From: an uncultured cyanobacterium
Lineage (GTDB): Bacteria; Cyanobacteriota; Cyanobacteriia; CAKZMO01
DNA length: 64,000 nt
Assembly: GCA_963719515.1 (NCBI GenBank)
Contig: CAVRCJ010000005.1
Coordinates: 160,001-224,000 of the forward strand
Direction of reading: 5' to 3'
A program made the position numbers and the translations under genes. The number at the start of each line of letters is the position of its first letter. Position 1 is the stretch's first letter. This document shows positions 28,512 through 39,665 of this stretch, one piece after another. The notes below the pieces were generated by a model, which worked only from the letters and a program-made list of their open reading frames with translations, had not been told where the DNA came from and did no database searches.

Positions 28512-29866
28512 CCACTCCCACGGCTAAAGCGCGTGGGATTCTTGGATTGCTCCAAGACTTTTCTGCTTCGTAGCACCTGCCTTCCGAGATTTGCTCTCTA
28601 TGCGCGAAGCGCAGGCTTGCCAACGGGTCTTACAGTCGCTCCACAGACTGACACCGCTAGACCAGCGGCCAATACGTTTACAGCGGCGTTTACGTCTCTA
28701 TCGTGCTTAACGTCGCACTCAGGGCACTGCCACTGTCGAATGTTCGACGGCAGCTTATCTACGACGTGGCCGCAGCTGCCACAGCGCTTAGAGCTAGGGA
28801 ACCAGCGGTCTATCTTGACGAGCTCTCGCCCGTACCATTCGCACTTGTAGGTAAGCTGCCTCACCAGTTCTCCCCAGCTCGCATCACTGATGGCCGCGCC
28901 AAAGCGTGATTATGGACCATGTTCACCGCTGCTAAGTCCTCAACGGCGATCGCTTGGTTTTCGCGCACCAGCCGGGTTGTCAGCTTGTGTTCGCGAAGCG
29001 TCCCGAAGGGAAGCAGGTCTTTGCGGGCATTGGCTATCTCGGCGTGGACCCTGGCCACCCTGAGCCGCGCTTTGTATCGGTTGTTCGAGCCCTTTTGCTT
29101 GCGGCTGAGCGCCTTTTGAGCTTTTCGTAGCTTGCGGTACTTAGCCCTGAAGCCCTTGGGGTTGGCAATCTTCTCGCCCGTGCTCAGCGTGACCAGACTG
29201 GTGATGCCCAAGTCCAGGCCAACTTTGTTAGGAGATACCGGCAGTGGCTCAATGTCCACCTCCACCAACAGCGACACAAACCACCGACCTGCAGGCGTCA
29301 GCTTGACCGTGATAGTCGATGGTGCGGCAGCTTTCGGAAGCGCCCTAGACCATCGAATGGGCAGCGCCTCAGAGCACTTAGCCAAGTAGACTTGCCCCTC
29401 TCTAAACTTGAACGCCGCCTTGGTAAACTCCGCGCTACCGCCGTTGCGCTTCTTCTTGAAGTTGGGATACTCAGCCCGACCCGCAAAGAAGTTAGTGAAG
29501 GCGGTTTGCAGATGCCTCAGCCCTTGCTGAAGGGGAACCGAGCTAACCTCAGTAAGAAATTCAAGGCCCTCCTCTTTTTTCCACTGGGTCAGCATCGACG
29601 AGGTTTGAGCGTAGCCGACGCGCTCTTGCTTCTGGTACCAGGCCTCAGTCCTTGCCGCCAAAGCGCGGTTGTAGACCAGGCGAGTACACCCCATTGTCCG
29701 GCGCAAGAGGTTGTTCTTGCCCCACAGTAGGATAGAAGCGATAGCGGTAAGCCCTTTGAACCATGCTTACAGCTTAGCGCTCGCTGTGTAAGATGTGGAT
29801 GTGTTCGCTAACGCTCACCGTCTTAATATCCCACCCCTAAAGCGGATGGGTTTTACGGCGACTTCT
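28508..29866 (-). mobile_element. IS200/IS605-family tnpB-only element
   Basis: Minus-strand left end AGAAGTCGCCGTAAAACCCATCCGCTTTAGGGGTGGGATAT; right end ...AATCCCACGCGCTTTAGCCGTGGGAGTGGTCAA. Confidence 0.85.
28598..29764 (-). pseudogene. tnpB: TnpB with two frameshifts (~29713, ~28895) and a 21-nt in-frame insertion
   Basis: MVQRAYRYRFYPT start at 29764; GLDLG, VEDL, CGSCG..CPEC and HDRDVNAA spread over three reading-frame segments. Confidence 0.85.
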
Positions 29867-29975
29867 AAAAGTTTTGAGACTACACTCTCTGTATCTGCGC
29901 CCCCCAGAGCCCCTCAGAGCCTCTCAGCAGCGAGGAGAATGATACGATAGGGCTTCACTGCGTTTCAGGTCTTTT

Positions 29976-30890
29976 GTGGCCCCGTCCCCCTCCCCCACCA
30001 CGCCGCCTAACAGAGCTCTAAGCGCAGGCACGCTTTACGCTTTACTGGCCTACGGCTCCTGGGGGCTTCTCCCCATCTACTGGAAATTCTTTGGACAGAG
30101 TTCGCCCTTAGAAGTCCTCTGCCACCGCATCATCTGGTCTCTGGTATTTTTAAGCGGCATTCTGCTGCTCCAGCGGCGGCAAGCCGAAATTCGCGCCCTG
30201 TTTCAATCCCGTCAGCGCCTGGCGCTGCTCCTCCTATCAGCTGTCCTGCTCACCTGCAACTGGGGCCTCTACATCTACGGGGTGAACACCGACCGGGTGA
30301 TAGAAACTAGCCTGGGCTACTACATCAACCCCTTGGTGACCGTGCTGCTAGGCTTTGTTGTGCTTAAAGAGCGCCTACGGCCGGGACAGCAGGCTGCCGT
30401 AGGGTTGGCGGCGATCGCAGTGGGCTACTTTGTATGGCAGTTTGGTGCGGTTCCCTGGATTGCTCTGGGGCTGGCGTTTACCTTTGCGTTCTACGGCCTA
30501 GTACGAAAAATAGTGGTGGTCGCGCCGATGGTAGGGCTAGCGGTGGAGACGCTGCTGATCGCCCCCGCTGCGCTGATTTTTGTGGCCTATTGGGGGACGA
30601 CTGGGTCCAGCGGTTTTGGCCAGTCCCTACCCTTGACGCTGCTGTTTGTGGGGGCGGGCGTCATCACATCGATGCCGCTGCTGTGGTTCAACAACGCGGC
30701 CAAGCGGCTGCGGCTTTCAACGCTAGGATTTTTTCAATACTTGGCCCCGTCTTTACAACTGCTGCTGGGGGTGTTTTTGTACGGAGAGCCGTTTACCCTC
30801 ACCCATGCGGTTACCTTTGGCCTGATTTGGGCCGCGCTGCTGCTCTACTCCACGACGTCGCTGCTAGAGCGCAGGTCAACTCCACAATAA
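29976..30890 (+). CDS. rarD: EamA family transporter RarD
   Basis: WGLLPIYW, SLGYYINPL and GFFQYLAPS. Confidence 0.9.
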   Translation: MAPSPSPTTPPNRALSAGTLYALLAYGSWGLLPIYWKFFGQSSPLEVLCHRIIWSLVFLSGILLLQRRQAEIRALFQSRQRLALLLLSAVLLTCNWGLYIYGVNTDRVIETSLGYYINPLVTVLLGFVVLKERLRPGQQAAVGLAAIAVGYFVWQFGAVPWIALGLAFTFAFYGLVRKIVVVAPMVGLAVETLLIAPAALIFVAYWGTTGSSGFGQSLPLTLLFVGAGVITSMPLLWFNNAAKRLRLSTLGFFQYLAPSLQLLLGVFLYGEPFTLTHAVTFGLIWAALLLYSTTSLLERRSTPQ

Positions 30891-30899
30891 AGAATAATC

Positions 30900-32291
30900 C
30901 TATAGATTGTGCTGCTGACGCTGCTGCGGAACCACGATTTGTATCCACCCCCCGCCACCCTGGGGGTAGTTTTGGGCAACCACGGTGCCCTGATGCGCAT
31001 TGACAATTTGCTTGACAATCGCCAGTCCCAGGCCGCTGCCCCCCACAGAGTAAGCTGCTGTCGAGGCCCCAGAAACCACCGGCTGACGAGAGCGAGAGGC
31101 ATCTGCGCGGTAGAATCGCTCGAAGATATGAGGGAGGTCTTCCTCTTTGAACCCAGGGCCAGTGTCGACGATGTCGATTCTCACTTGGGGAATGGTGCTA
31201 TCTCTATCTTCAGTACTCGCCTCACCGCTCGCCCCCTCACCGCCAGTCGCCCCATCGCCAGCGGGACAATCATGGGCCTGGGAAGAATAGCCCTCAGCAT
31301 TGAGGCGGACCTGGACCGCTTCCCAAGGGGGGCTGTACTTAATAGCGTTGTCCAGTAGGTTCACTAAGACGCGGTAGAAGCGGGACTCATCTAGGGTTAC
31401 TGGCAATCGTTCTGGCCCAACATAGTCCAGCTCGACGTTCTTCTTGTTGGCAATCGGGTCCAAGTTAAGCCAAGCGGCCTGAATCAGTTCGGGAAGGTCA
31501 ACCGAGGCGGGGTTGAGGCATTGCTCAGATTCTTCCTCAAGCCGGCTGAGTTCTAGGAGATCTTGGACGATTTGGCTCAGGCGATTGGTTTGACTGATTA
31601 ATCGGTCTGCCCACCCCTGCAGCGAGGGATCGAGCCGCATCTGCAGCGTTTCGGCCACCAGTCGAATCGAAGTTAGGGGCGTTTTTAGCTCGTGGGCCAC
31701 GTCCGACACCCAGCGATCGCACTGCTGCTGCAGGGTAACCATGGCTTGCCGGCTTTCAATGAACATGCCCACATGGCCGTTGGGTAGCGGAATGCCAAAG
31801 CCCTCTAGAGCATAGAACTTCTGCTGCTTGACCCTTGAGGGGTCTGCGTTCACGGGGTAGAAGGTCCAGCAGCTTTGGCAAGGCTGCTGCTGCTGCCGCG
31901 TCACGTCGATGAGGCTGTCTAGCTCGTAAGAGCGCACAAGCTCTAAAAGCAGACGGGGTTCTGGCGTGTTGTCTTGGGTGATGGTGAGCAGCTGTCTGGC
32001 CTGAGGGTTACACCACACCAGCCGGTTCTCGTCGTCCACCTGCAAAAATCCTATGGGTGACAGGTTCATAATCTGCTGATAAAGCTCTAGACGAGCCTCA
32101 TACTGCTGCTGAATTTTTTGCTGGTAGGCGACCGCCAGAGAAAGCTGGGAAGTCACGGAAGAGGGTGAGGGAATGCTGTCGGGCTTAAGGTTTCGCAGCA
32201 GCGATTTTAACCGTTGGTCAGCGCGGGCCCGCTGCCACTTAAGCAGCAGGCCGCCGACGCATAAACCCAACAAAAAACCGATGATGCCCAT
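30900..32291 (-). CDS. sphS: PAS-domain sensor histidine kinase, PhoR/SphS-like
   Basis: LLELVRSYELD PAS region, H-box DVAHELKTPLT, NLLDNAIKY, FERFYR and GSGLGL. Confidence 0.7.
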   Translation of the reverse strand: MGIIGFLLGLCVGGLLLKWQRARADQRLKSLLRNLKPDSIPSPSSVTSQLSLAVAYQQKIQQQYEARLELYQQIMNLSPIGFLQVDDENRLVWCNPQARQLLTITQDNTPEPRLLLELVRSYELDSLIDVTRQQQQPCQSCWTFYPVNADPSRVKQQKFYALEGFGIPLPNGHVGMFIESRQAMVTLQQQCDRWVSDVAHELKTPLTSIRLVAETLQMRLDPSLQGWADRLISQTNRLSQIVQDLLELSRLEEESEQCLNPASVDLPELIQAAWLNLDPIANKKNVELDYVGPERLPVTLDESRFYRVLVNLLDNAIKYSPPWEAVQVRLNAEGYSSQAHDCPAGDGATGGEGASGEASTEDRDSTIPQVRIDIVDTGPGFKEEDLPHIFERFYRADASRSRQPVVSGASTAAYSVGGSGLGLAIVKQIVNAHQGTVVAQNYPQGGGGWIQIVVPQQRQQHNL

Positions 32292-32341
32292 GAATTCCGC
32301 TAACACGATACTTCTAGCGTAGTCCGCTAGGCATCGAGGTG

Positions 32342-33962
32342 CTAGTGTGCCAGCGCACAGCCGTCTTTGCGGGAGTCTGAGCCCGCGGTCCGCAGGCCGG
32401 TATCAGGATCTATCCAAACGGCCTGTCCGCCTCCCAAAGGCATCGCCGACTCGCTCAACTTGGTGACCTCGGGTTTTAAGGCCCTCTACGGCGTCAGGAG
32501 GCATCCCCTCTTCCACCTGGCACAGACCGCTGCTGCCGCTGAACAGTCGCGGGCAGTCTAGCGCTTCTTGAACATCCATGCCGTAGTCCAGCAGGTTGGT
32601 AAGCAGCAGGGCGTGACCCATGGGCTGAAACTCTCCCCCCATTACCCCAAAGGGCATCACCGCCCGTCCCGCTTTCATCAGCATGCCGGGAATGATGGTG
32701 TGCAGGGGCCGCTTGCCGGGGGCGATCGCGTTGGGGTGTTCTGGCTCTAAGCAAAATCCTGCCCCCCGACTCTGAAAAACCACACCGGTGGCGGGGCACA
32801 TGAGGCCGCTGCCAAAGGAATGGTAGACGGAGTTGATAAAGCTCATGGCGTTGCCCTCGGCGTCTACGACACAGAGGTAGACCGTATCGGGATGGGCAGG
32901 AAATTGGGACGGGGGGAGCGTCGCCATAGCGCTGTCCAGCGAAATATGCTGACGCATCCGATCGGCATAAGTGGAAGAGAGCAGCTGCTTCACCGGCACT
33001 TCGGCCTGGGCCGGGTCAGCAAGGTACAGGTCGCGATCGCGGTAGGCCAACCGCGCGGCCTCAGCCATGAGGTGGTAGCGCTCGGGGCTGCGGGGATCTA
33101 GAGCGGCGAGGTCAAATCCCTGGAGGAGGTTGAGCATCAGCAGCGCCGTGAGTCCCTGGCCGTTAGGCGGGCACTCAAACACCTGGTAGCCTCGGTACTC
33201 AGTGCTGATGGGGGCAACGTACTCGCCGGCGGCGCTGGCAAAGTCTTCTAGGGTATGTAAGCCCCCCAAGTCTTTTAGATAGTTCACCATTTGCTGAGCC
33301 GCTTCGCCGGCGTAAAAGGCGTCTCTGCCGCCCTGAGCGATCGCCTCTAGGGTGCGCGCGAGCTGCGGCTGCTGGTGGAGCTGTCCGACGTGGGGAGCCT
33401 TACCGCCGGGAAGAAAGGTCTGGGCTGCCGCCGGGCTTTGCTGTAGGGCTGAGGCCGCTGCGGCCCAGTCCGCCGCCACTCTGGGGTAAACGGGGTAGCC
33501 CCGCCGGGCCGTCTCAACGGCGGGCTGAAGCAGGTCACCTAGAGGCAGCCGGCCGTAGTCCTTGGACAACCGACACCAAGCGTCCACGGCTCCAGGGACG
33601 GTGACGGCGTGGGGGCTATGGCGATCGATTGCAGCTAGCCCCTGCTGGGTGAAGTAGTCGAGCTGGGCCGCAGCGGGCGATCGCCCCGACCCGTTGAGAG
33701 CGATGACTCCTGCTTCTGCTCCGGAAGCAGGAGTCGTTGGGCTAGGCGCTGGCGCGTACAGCGCAAAGCAGTCTCCCCCAATACCGGTGGACTGGGGCTC
33801 CACAACGCACAGCATGGCGGATGCGGCGATCGCTGCGTCAACAGCGTTGCCGCCTGAGCCAAGGATCGCCATGGCGGTGAGGGTAGCCTGGGGATGAGAA
33901 GTGGCCGCAACGCCGCGGGTGCCGTAGATAGAGGAGCGGCCAGGAAGATGAAAGTTACGCAA
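32342..33962 (-). CDS. ggt: Gamma-glutamyltransferase family protein (frameshift near 32440)
   Basis: GGNAVDAA, GIGGD, VPGAV, DTVY and PGKRPLHT; the true C-terminus LGGGQAVWID...SDSRKDGCALAH continues in another frame to a stop at 32342. Confidence 0.85.
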
Positions 33963-33999
33963 GGGAATTAATGCTGGACTATGCTCAAATACCCTACCA

Positions 34000-34989
34000 T
34001 CACCGCTCGTGGAACTCCACAACGCTCTGGCGGACCGTGATGTCATAACCGCTAAAAAAGTCTTGACCCAGCAGCCCCGTGCTGAGCTCCGGACCGGCGA
34101 TCGCCACCAGCAAATTGTCGATTCTTACCCCTGCCACCTCAAGGGACGATACATAGCCTAGCTGAAACGGAACGCTGCTGGCGCTGGCGGTGGCCACCCG
34201 GGCTTCTCCCACCGTGGCCACGTTGAGGGCTCTGGCCATAGGCTGGGTAATCACGGTGCCGCTGGCCCCGGTATCGACGATCATCTCAAAAGGTTCACCG
34301 CCATTGAAAGTCGCCAAAATCACCGGGGTTCCCCCCGCGCGGCGGACGATGGGGGCCTGGAACATTCCTCGCTCAGGAGGGGCTCTCCCGGCTTCCGCGG
34401 GCGGGGCGAGGGGTGAGGGGCGAGGCGAGGGGCGAGGCGCTGAGGCAGGGGCGCTGGGCGCTGAAGCTTGACGCGGCGCCGATAGCGCAGGCTCTTGGGC
34501 GGGCTCTTGGGCGGGCACCAATACGACGCGACCCGGCGCAGGTTCGGGGATAGGAACGTCTGCCTGCTGCTGTGCGTAGGCTAGGTTTTGCTGATATTCC
34601 GCCAGCTTCTGGGGCACAATGGCGTAGTTCGGGCTGCCCTCTGGGACAGTCTCTAGAAGGGCGATCGCCTGCTGCCAGCGGCTGGCCGTCAATCGCCAGT
34701 CGTCCTTGGATCGAGCCGACTGGCTCAGGGAAAATGCGGCAGAAGCCCGGTTAATGGCGTCGGCGTAGGATGCTGACGGAGGCGGTGCCTCCGGGGACGC
34801 TGTCGATGGGGGAGCGTCTAGCACCTCTGAGGACGTCTTCGCGTTTGCTTCTGAAACTGCTTGTGGGGAGTCAGGCTCACCCTCCACTACCGTAATGTCA
34901 GGCTGGGGCGACGCAGGCGGACTGAGGTCGCATCCTGCCACCGTCAGTGACAGCAGCAGCAGCAAACGCGAAGAAGAGAGGTTAGCCAT
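34000..34989 (-). CDS. Retropepsin-like aspartic protease, probable lipoprotein
   Basis: Lipobox-like VAGC, Pro-rich linkers, IVDTGASGT and GLLGQDF. Confidence 0.85.
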   Translation of the reverse strand: MANLSSSRLLLLLSLTVAGCDLSPPASPQPDITVVEGEPDSPQAVSEANAKTSSEVLDAPPSTASPEAPPPSASYADAINRASAAFSLSQSARSKDDWRLTASRWQQAIALLETVPEGSPNYAIVPQKLAEYQQNLAYAQQQADVPIPEPAPGRVVLVPAQEPAQEPALSAPRQASAPSAPASAPRPSPRPSPLAPPAEAGRAPPERGMFQAPIVRRAGGTPVILATFNGGEPFEMIVDTGASGTVITQPMARALNVATVGEARVATASASSVPFQLGYVSSLEVAGVRIDNLLVAIAGPELSTGLLGQDFFSGYDITVRQSVVEFHER

Positions 34990-35233
34990 TATAGTTGCTG
35001 AGAGGTGGCTGCATTCACTAGCCTATCTGAACGGCAAGGGTATCGGCCAGAACTGAGCCATTGTAAAGAAGATGCAATCGGTGGAAATTTGTAGGATTTT
35101 CGCAGAATGCAGAGGAGGCAACAGTCCCCGTTCCAAATTTTGGTTTATCATCGATCGTTGGTGTCCGTCACAGGCCAAACAGGCTCGCGGGTCGCTTAAG
35201 CCTTGTCTACTGCTCGCCATCGGAGTTCTCAAC

Positions 35234-36391
35234 ATGCCTTCCTCTCTTCGCCAGCCTGCCCTACTAGTCCTTGCCGATGGCTCTGCATATCGGGGCTACT
35301 CCTTTGGGGCGCTGGGCACGGCGATTGGTGAAGTGGTCTTCAACACGGGCATTACGGGCTACCAAGAAGTGCTTACTGATCCGAGCTATCGAGGGCAGAT
35401 CGTCACCTTTACCTATCCAGAATTGGGCAACACTGGCGTCAACCCGGACGATGAAGAATCAGCAGCGCCCCAGATTAAAGGGGCGATCGCCCGCAACATT
35501 ACCGACGTGCCCAGCAGCTGGCGCTCGACCCAGTCTCTGCCGGACTACCTCCAGCAGCACGGCGTTCCGGGCATCTATGGCATTGACACCCGCGCTCTAA
35601 CCCGCAAGATTCGTTCGGTAGGGGCCATGAACGGCGGCATCTCAACTAAAATTCTGTCGCCATCTGACCTTCTGATGCGGGTACAGCAAGCGCCCTCTAT
35701 GGCGGGGCTCAATCTAGTAAAAGAGGTGACTACCCCCGAACCCTACGAGTGGTCTGAAACAACGGACAAAGCTTGGGAGTTTTCCCCAGACCCTTCTCTG
35801 GGCCAAGACGGCGCAGCACTCACTGTAGTGGCACTCGATTTTGGCATTAAGCGCAACATTCTGCGGCGGCTGGCGAGCTATGGCTGCCGCGTCGTTGTGG
35901 TGCCCGCTGACACCTCCCCAGAAGAGATTCTCAAGCACAATCCCGATGGCATCTTCTTGTCCAACGGTCCGGGAGACCCCGCAGCAGTCACCGAGGGTAT
36001 TGAGACCGCCAAAGCACTGCTCCAGACCCAGCTGCCCACCTTTGGCATTTGCCTTGGGCATCAGCTACTGGGGCTCTCCCTAGGGGGCGAAACCTTTAAG
36101 CTTAAGTTTGGCCATCGGGGGCTGAACCAGCCCGCTGGTCTACGGCAAAAGGTGGAAATCACGAGCCAGAACCATGGCTTTGCCCTAGACGCCGACTCGA
36201 TTGCCAATGCCGACGTTGATGTTACCCACCTCAACCTCAACGATCGCACTATCGCAGGAATTCGCCACAAGACGCTGCCGCTGTTTTCGGTGCAGTACCA
36301 CCCTGAGGCCAGCCCCGGCCCCCATGACGCAGACTACCTATTTGAGCGGTTTGTAGCCTCTATGCGGGAGCACCAGAGCGCGGCATCGTAG
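35234..36391 (+). CDS. carA: Carbamoyl-phosphate synthase small subunit
   Basis: [22 protein letters not shown] and [10 protein letters not shown]. Confidence 0.97.
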   Translation: MPSSLRQPALLVLADGSAYRGYSFGALGTAIGEVVFNTGITGYQEVLTDPSYRGQIVTFTYPELGNTGVNPDDEESAAPQIKGAIARNITDVPSSWRSTQSLPDYLQQHGVPGIYGIDTRALTRKIRSVGAMNGGISTKILSPSDLLMRVQQAPSMAGLNLVKEVTTPEPYEWSETTDKAWEFSPDPSLGQDGAALTVVALDFGIKRNILRRLASYGCRVVVVPADTSPEEILKHNPDGIFLSNGPGDPAAVTEGIETAKALLQTQLPTFGICLGHQLLGLSLGGETFKLKFGHRGLNQPAGLRQKVEITSQNHGFALDADSIANADVDVTHLNLNDRTIAGIRHKTLPLFSVQYHPEASPGPHDADYLFERFVASMREHQSAAS

Positions 36392-36753
36392 TAGAAACTG
36401 TGACAAAGTCACAGCTCTGTACAGAACTGGCTGCGCAGAGCTAGGCAGCCGAATTCACCTATAGCGCTTGCTACAGCGATTTTCAGTCGCGTGTCTGGGC
36501 GTTAGTGGTGCAGCGCGCCCAGACATTGATCAACTTGTTGTCTAGGACGGCTTGATGCCATGAATGGTAAAGCTATGCTGTGAGCTTCTAAGAATCTTGA
36601 ACCTTCCACATTGATATCGAAGAAGTATCGTTCTAAGTATGGAGGGCAAAGCTTTATGCGTCCGCTGGTCGGTCTTGATGCTTTAAGCCGCGTCCTGCGT
36701 TAATCTGGACTCTGAATGATCACTATCACTACTAACGGGAGGACTCATAACCC

Positions 36754-37203
36754 TTGGAACGGACGTTTATTGCGATCAAGCCAGATGGTGTCCAGCGGGG
36801 CATTATTGGCAGCATCATCAGCCGCTTTGAGACCAAAGGTTTCACGCTGGTGGGCATGAAAATGATGACTGTGAGCCGCGAGCTAGCGGAGAAGCACTAC
36901 GGCGAGCACGAAGGCAAGCCGTTCTTCAGCGGACTCGTAGACTTCATTACCTCTGGCCCTGTGGTCGCGATGGTATGGGAAGGGGAGGGCGTTATTGCCT
37001 CCGCACGCAAGCTCATCGGCGCAACCAAGCCTTCGGAGTCTGCTCCCGGCACCATTCGCGGCGACTTCGGCGTCACAATTGGCCGCAACATCATTCACGG
37101 GTCTGATGCCCCGGAGACCGCTACAAAAGAAGTCCAGCTTTGGTTTGACGACAGCGAACTGTCTTCTTGGCAGCCCACCATGATGCCCTGGATCTACGAG
37201 TAG
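36754..37203 (+). CDS. ndk: Nucleoside diphosphate kinase
   Basis: IKPDGVQRG and NIIHGSD. Confidence 0.97.
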   Translation: MERTFIAIKPDGVQRGIIGSIISRFETKGFTLVGMKMMTVSRELAEKHYGEHEGKPFFSGLVDFITSGPVVAMVWEGEGVIASARKLIGATKPSESAPGTIRGDFGVTIGRNIIHGSDAPETATKEVQLWFDDSELSSWQPTMMPWIYE

Positions 37204-37216
37204 CGCTCGGCTATCC

Positions 37217-37930
37217 CTAGTCAGCTGGGGCTTCGGGCGACGAGCTGGCGTCTGAGGCTTCAGCCTTACGTTTTGAGAAGCCCCAGGTAAACAAAGCACC
37301 GATGAGGGTCAGCATGAGCCATTCTGGAGGTACCAAATTAGGGTCGATGACGCGGGCCAAGAGCCTCACCCCTACTAAACCGACGGTGACAAATCCAGCA
37401 TCTTCTAGATAGACAAATTCTTCTAGCCAGCGAATGAACAGACCTGCCATAAACCGTAGGGTGATGACACCGATAGTGCCGCCAACGATGACAACCCAGA
37501 GGTCTTTTGATAGAGCGATCGCCGTTGTGACACTGTCGAGGGAAAAGGCCAAGTCTGTTACCGCAATCATTGGAATAGCCTGCCACAACCCCGCAAATCT
37601 AGGTCCATGGTGCTCGTCTTCATCCTCGTCAGACGTAAAGTACTGGAAGACGAGCCAGAACAGATAAGCCGCTCCCAACACCTCAAACTGCCAAAACCGG
37701 ATTACCCAGGTTGCCGTCAAAATCAGCAGAATTCTGAGAATGAACGCTACCACCAAGCCTAGGTTGAGGGCCTGTCGCTGAATTTCCTGACTCGGAAGGC
37801 CCTGGGCAATCGCCGCCAAAGCGATCGCGTTATCTGCCGACAGCACCACCTCCAATGCAATCAGTACCGGCAGCAGCAGCAGCGCATCAACGCCAACGTT
37901 GGACGAATAGTTGAGAAGTTGATCTAGCAT
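37217..37930 (-). CDS. TerC family membrane protein
   Basis: EVVLSADNA and DLAFSLDSV. Confidence 0.88.
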   Translation of the reverse strand: MLDQLLNYSSNVGVDALLLLPVLIALEVVLSADNAIALAAIAQGLPSQEIQRQALNLGLVVAFILRILLILTATWVIRFWQFEVLGAAYLFWLVFQYFTSDEDEDEHHGPRFAGLWQAIPMIAVTDLAFSLDSVTTAIALSKDLWVVIVGGTIGVITLRFMAGLFIRWLEEFVYLEDAGFVTVGLVGVRLLARVIDPNLVPPEWLMLTLIGALFTWGFSKRKAEASDASSSPEAPAD

Positions 37931-38108
37931 GAAGGGTAGAGTTTGATAAACGTGGGCTTCAGCGGTCCTACCCAAGAGCGGGCTGCCAGTTTTAAGCTTA
38001 GCGTTATTCCACCCCAAAGCGGGATACCGACTTGGAGTGAGATATTGTCTAAGCCGGAGGGGAATGCCGTCTGCAGGCCGCCAATTCTACGACATAATCG
38101 ACAGCATA

Positions 38109-38837
38109 ATGTCAACTGATTTAATTCAACAGATTACCCAATTTCAAACTCGTTATCCCTTTGGCAGTCTCACTTCAGAGCTGCTGATGGTGCATGGCGA
38201 CACCTACGTCATTCGGGCGATCGCCCAAGTGGGTTCGGTGGTTGTAGCAACTGCCATGGCGACCCATACAGAGCTCGAGCAGGCGGAGGATCGCGCCAAG
38301 ATGCGGGTGCTGGCAACCCTCAACCTCTCGCCAAAAACCGAGCTAGCGCAGGAGCCAGCGCCCTCTACGACCCACAAAGAGAGCTCAAACCCAACGCCCA
38401 ACGCTGATAGTTCCGAGCCTCTACGTCAATCGGCTCCACTCCCGGCTAGCTTCGTGAGCTCGGGGCGTCCATCGACGGATCCACTGCCACCAATAGACGA
38501 GACAATTCCTGGGCTAGACCTACTCTCGCCGACGGACCATCCGCCAGCAGCCTGGTCCGAGCCAGAACAAACCCTCGCTAAACCTCGCTTAGCGCTGGCC
38601 CAGCCTTCAGAACTCCAGCCCCAGAGCAGCGCTGAGGAAACCCTCACGCCCCAAGATCTATCTGATATCATCGCCAAGACCAGCGTCGAGCTGCGACGAT
38701 TGGGATGGACCGATAAGCAAGGACGCGAGCACCTCCAGAACACTTACGGGAAGCGATCGCGTCAGCAGCTCACGGATCCAGAGCTAGTGGATTTTTTGCG
38801 CTATCTAGAGCAGCAATCCGCCCCACCCCAGACGTAA
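38109..38837 (+). CDS. Hypothetical protein (two small domains with a Pro/Ser linker)
   Basis: Long ORF with plausible composition; C-terminal ELRRLGW...YGKRSRQQLTD. Confidence 0.7.
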   Translation: MSTDLIQQITQFQTRYPFGSLTSELLMVHGDTYVIRAIAQVGSVVVATAMATHTELEQAEDRAKMRVLATLNLSPKTELAQEPAPSTTHKESSNPTPNADSSEPLRQSAPLPASFVSSGRPSTDPLPPIDETIPGLDLLSPTDHPPAAWSEPEQTLAKPRLALAQPSELQPQSSAEETLTPQDLSDIIAKTSVELRRLGWTDKQGREHLQNTYGKRSRQQLTDPELVDFLRYLEQQSAPPQT

Positions 38838-38843
38838 AGCCCC

Positions 38844-39449
38844 TTAGGCTACTGGCTCAGGGCGGCTACCCGCCGCATACTTATCAATCACCGTATCGAT
38901 AAGGCCATATTCAACGGCTTCTTCCGCTGACATAAAGAAGTCGCGCTCGGTGTCCTCCTCAATCTTCTCGATAGGCTGACCGGTGTGCTTAGCGAGCCAG
39001 TCGTTGAGCCGCTGCTTGTGGTAGAGAATCTCCTTCGCCTGAATCTCGATGTCGGCGGCCTGTCCCTGAGCCCCACCCAGCGGCTGGTGAATCATGATGC
39101 GAGAATTGGGCAAACTCATACGCTTGCCTTTTTCCCCAGCGCTCAGTAAAAATGCGCCCATGCTGGCAGCCAAGCCCACGCAGATGGTGCAAACCTTAGG
39201 ACGAATATGGTTCATGGTATCGAAAATACCAAGCCCCGCCATCACCGACCCACCAGGCGAGTTGATATAGAGGTAGATATCTTTCTCGGGATCCTCAGCT
39301 TCAAGAAACAGCATTTGGGCGACGATGAGATTCGCCAAATCGGAGTCGACCTGCTGGCCCAAAAAGATAATGCGCTCCCGCAGGAGGCGGGAGTAAATAT
39401 CAAAGGCGCGTTCGCCGCGTCCCGATTGTTCAATAACGGTTGGAATCAT
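38844..39449 (-). CDS. clpP: ATP-dependent Clp protease proteolytic subunit
   Basis: [24 protein letters not shown] and MIHQP. Confidence 0.97.
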   Translation of the reverse strand: MIPTVIEQSGRGERAFDIYSRLLRERIIFLGQQVDSDLANLIVAQMLFLEAEDPEKDIYLYINSPGGSVMAGLGIFDTMNHIRPKVCTICVGLAASMGAFLLSAGEKGKRMSLPNSRIMIHQPLGGAQGQAADIEIQAKEILYHKQRLNDWLAKHTGQPIEKIEEDTERDFFMSAEEAVEYGLIDTVIDKYAAGSRPEPVA

Positions 39450-39665
39450 TCAAACGCTTCCGTACAGACATAAGTGAGTCGCTATCAGTAAATGAGACCG
39501 ACTTAGAGGACTTCCCTATCCGGGGAGCACGCTCCAGTAGCAATCGATATTTAATCATTTACCTACTTTAAGTTTACCGAAATCTCTGCTGGACCGCAGA
39601 CATCGCGGATCCGCCGGAGTCTGTCGCGATCGCCTTGCTACGGTCGCCTTGCTACGGTTGTTCTG

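Noticed and set aside
39630..39658. 14-nt tandem duplication TCGCCTTGCTACGG (also 15-nt at ~51079 and 10-nt at ~58126)
   Set aside because: Only two copies each; consistent with slippage, with no evidence of function.
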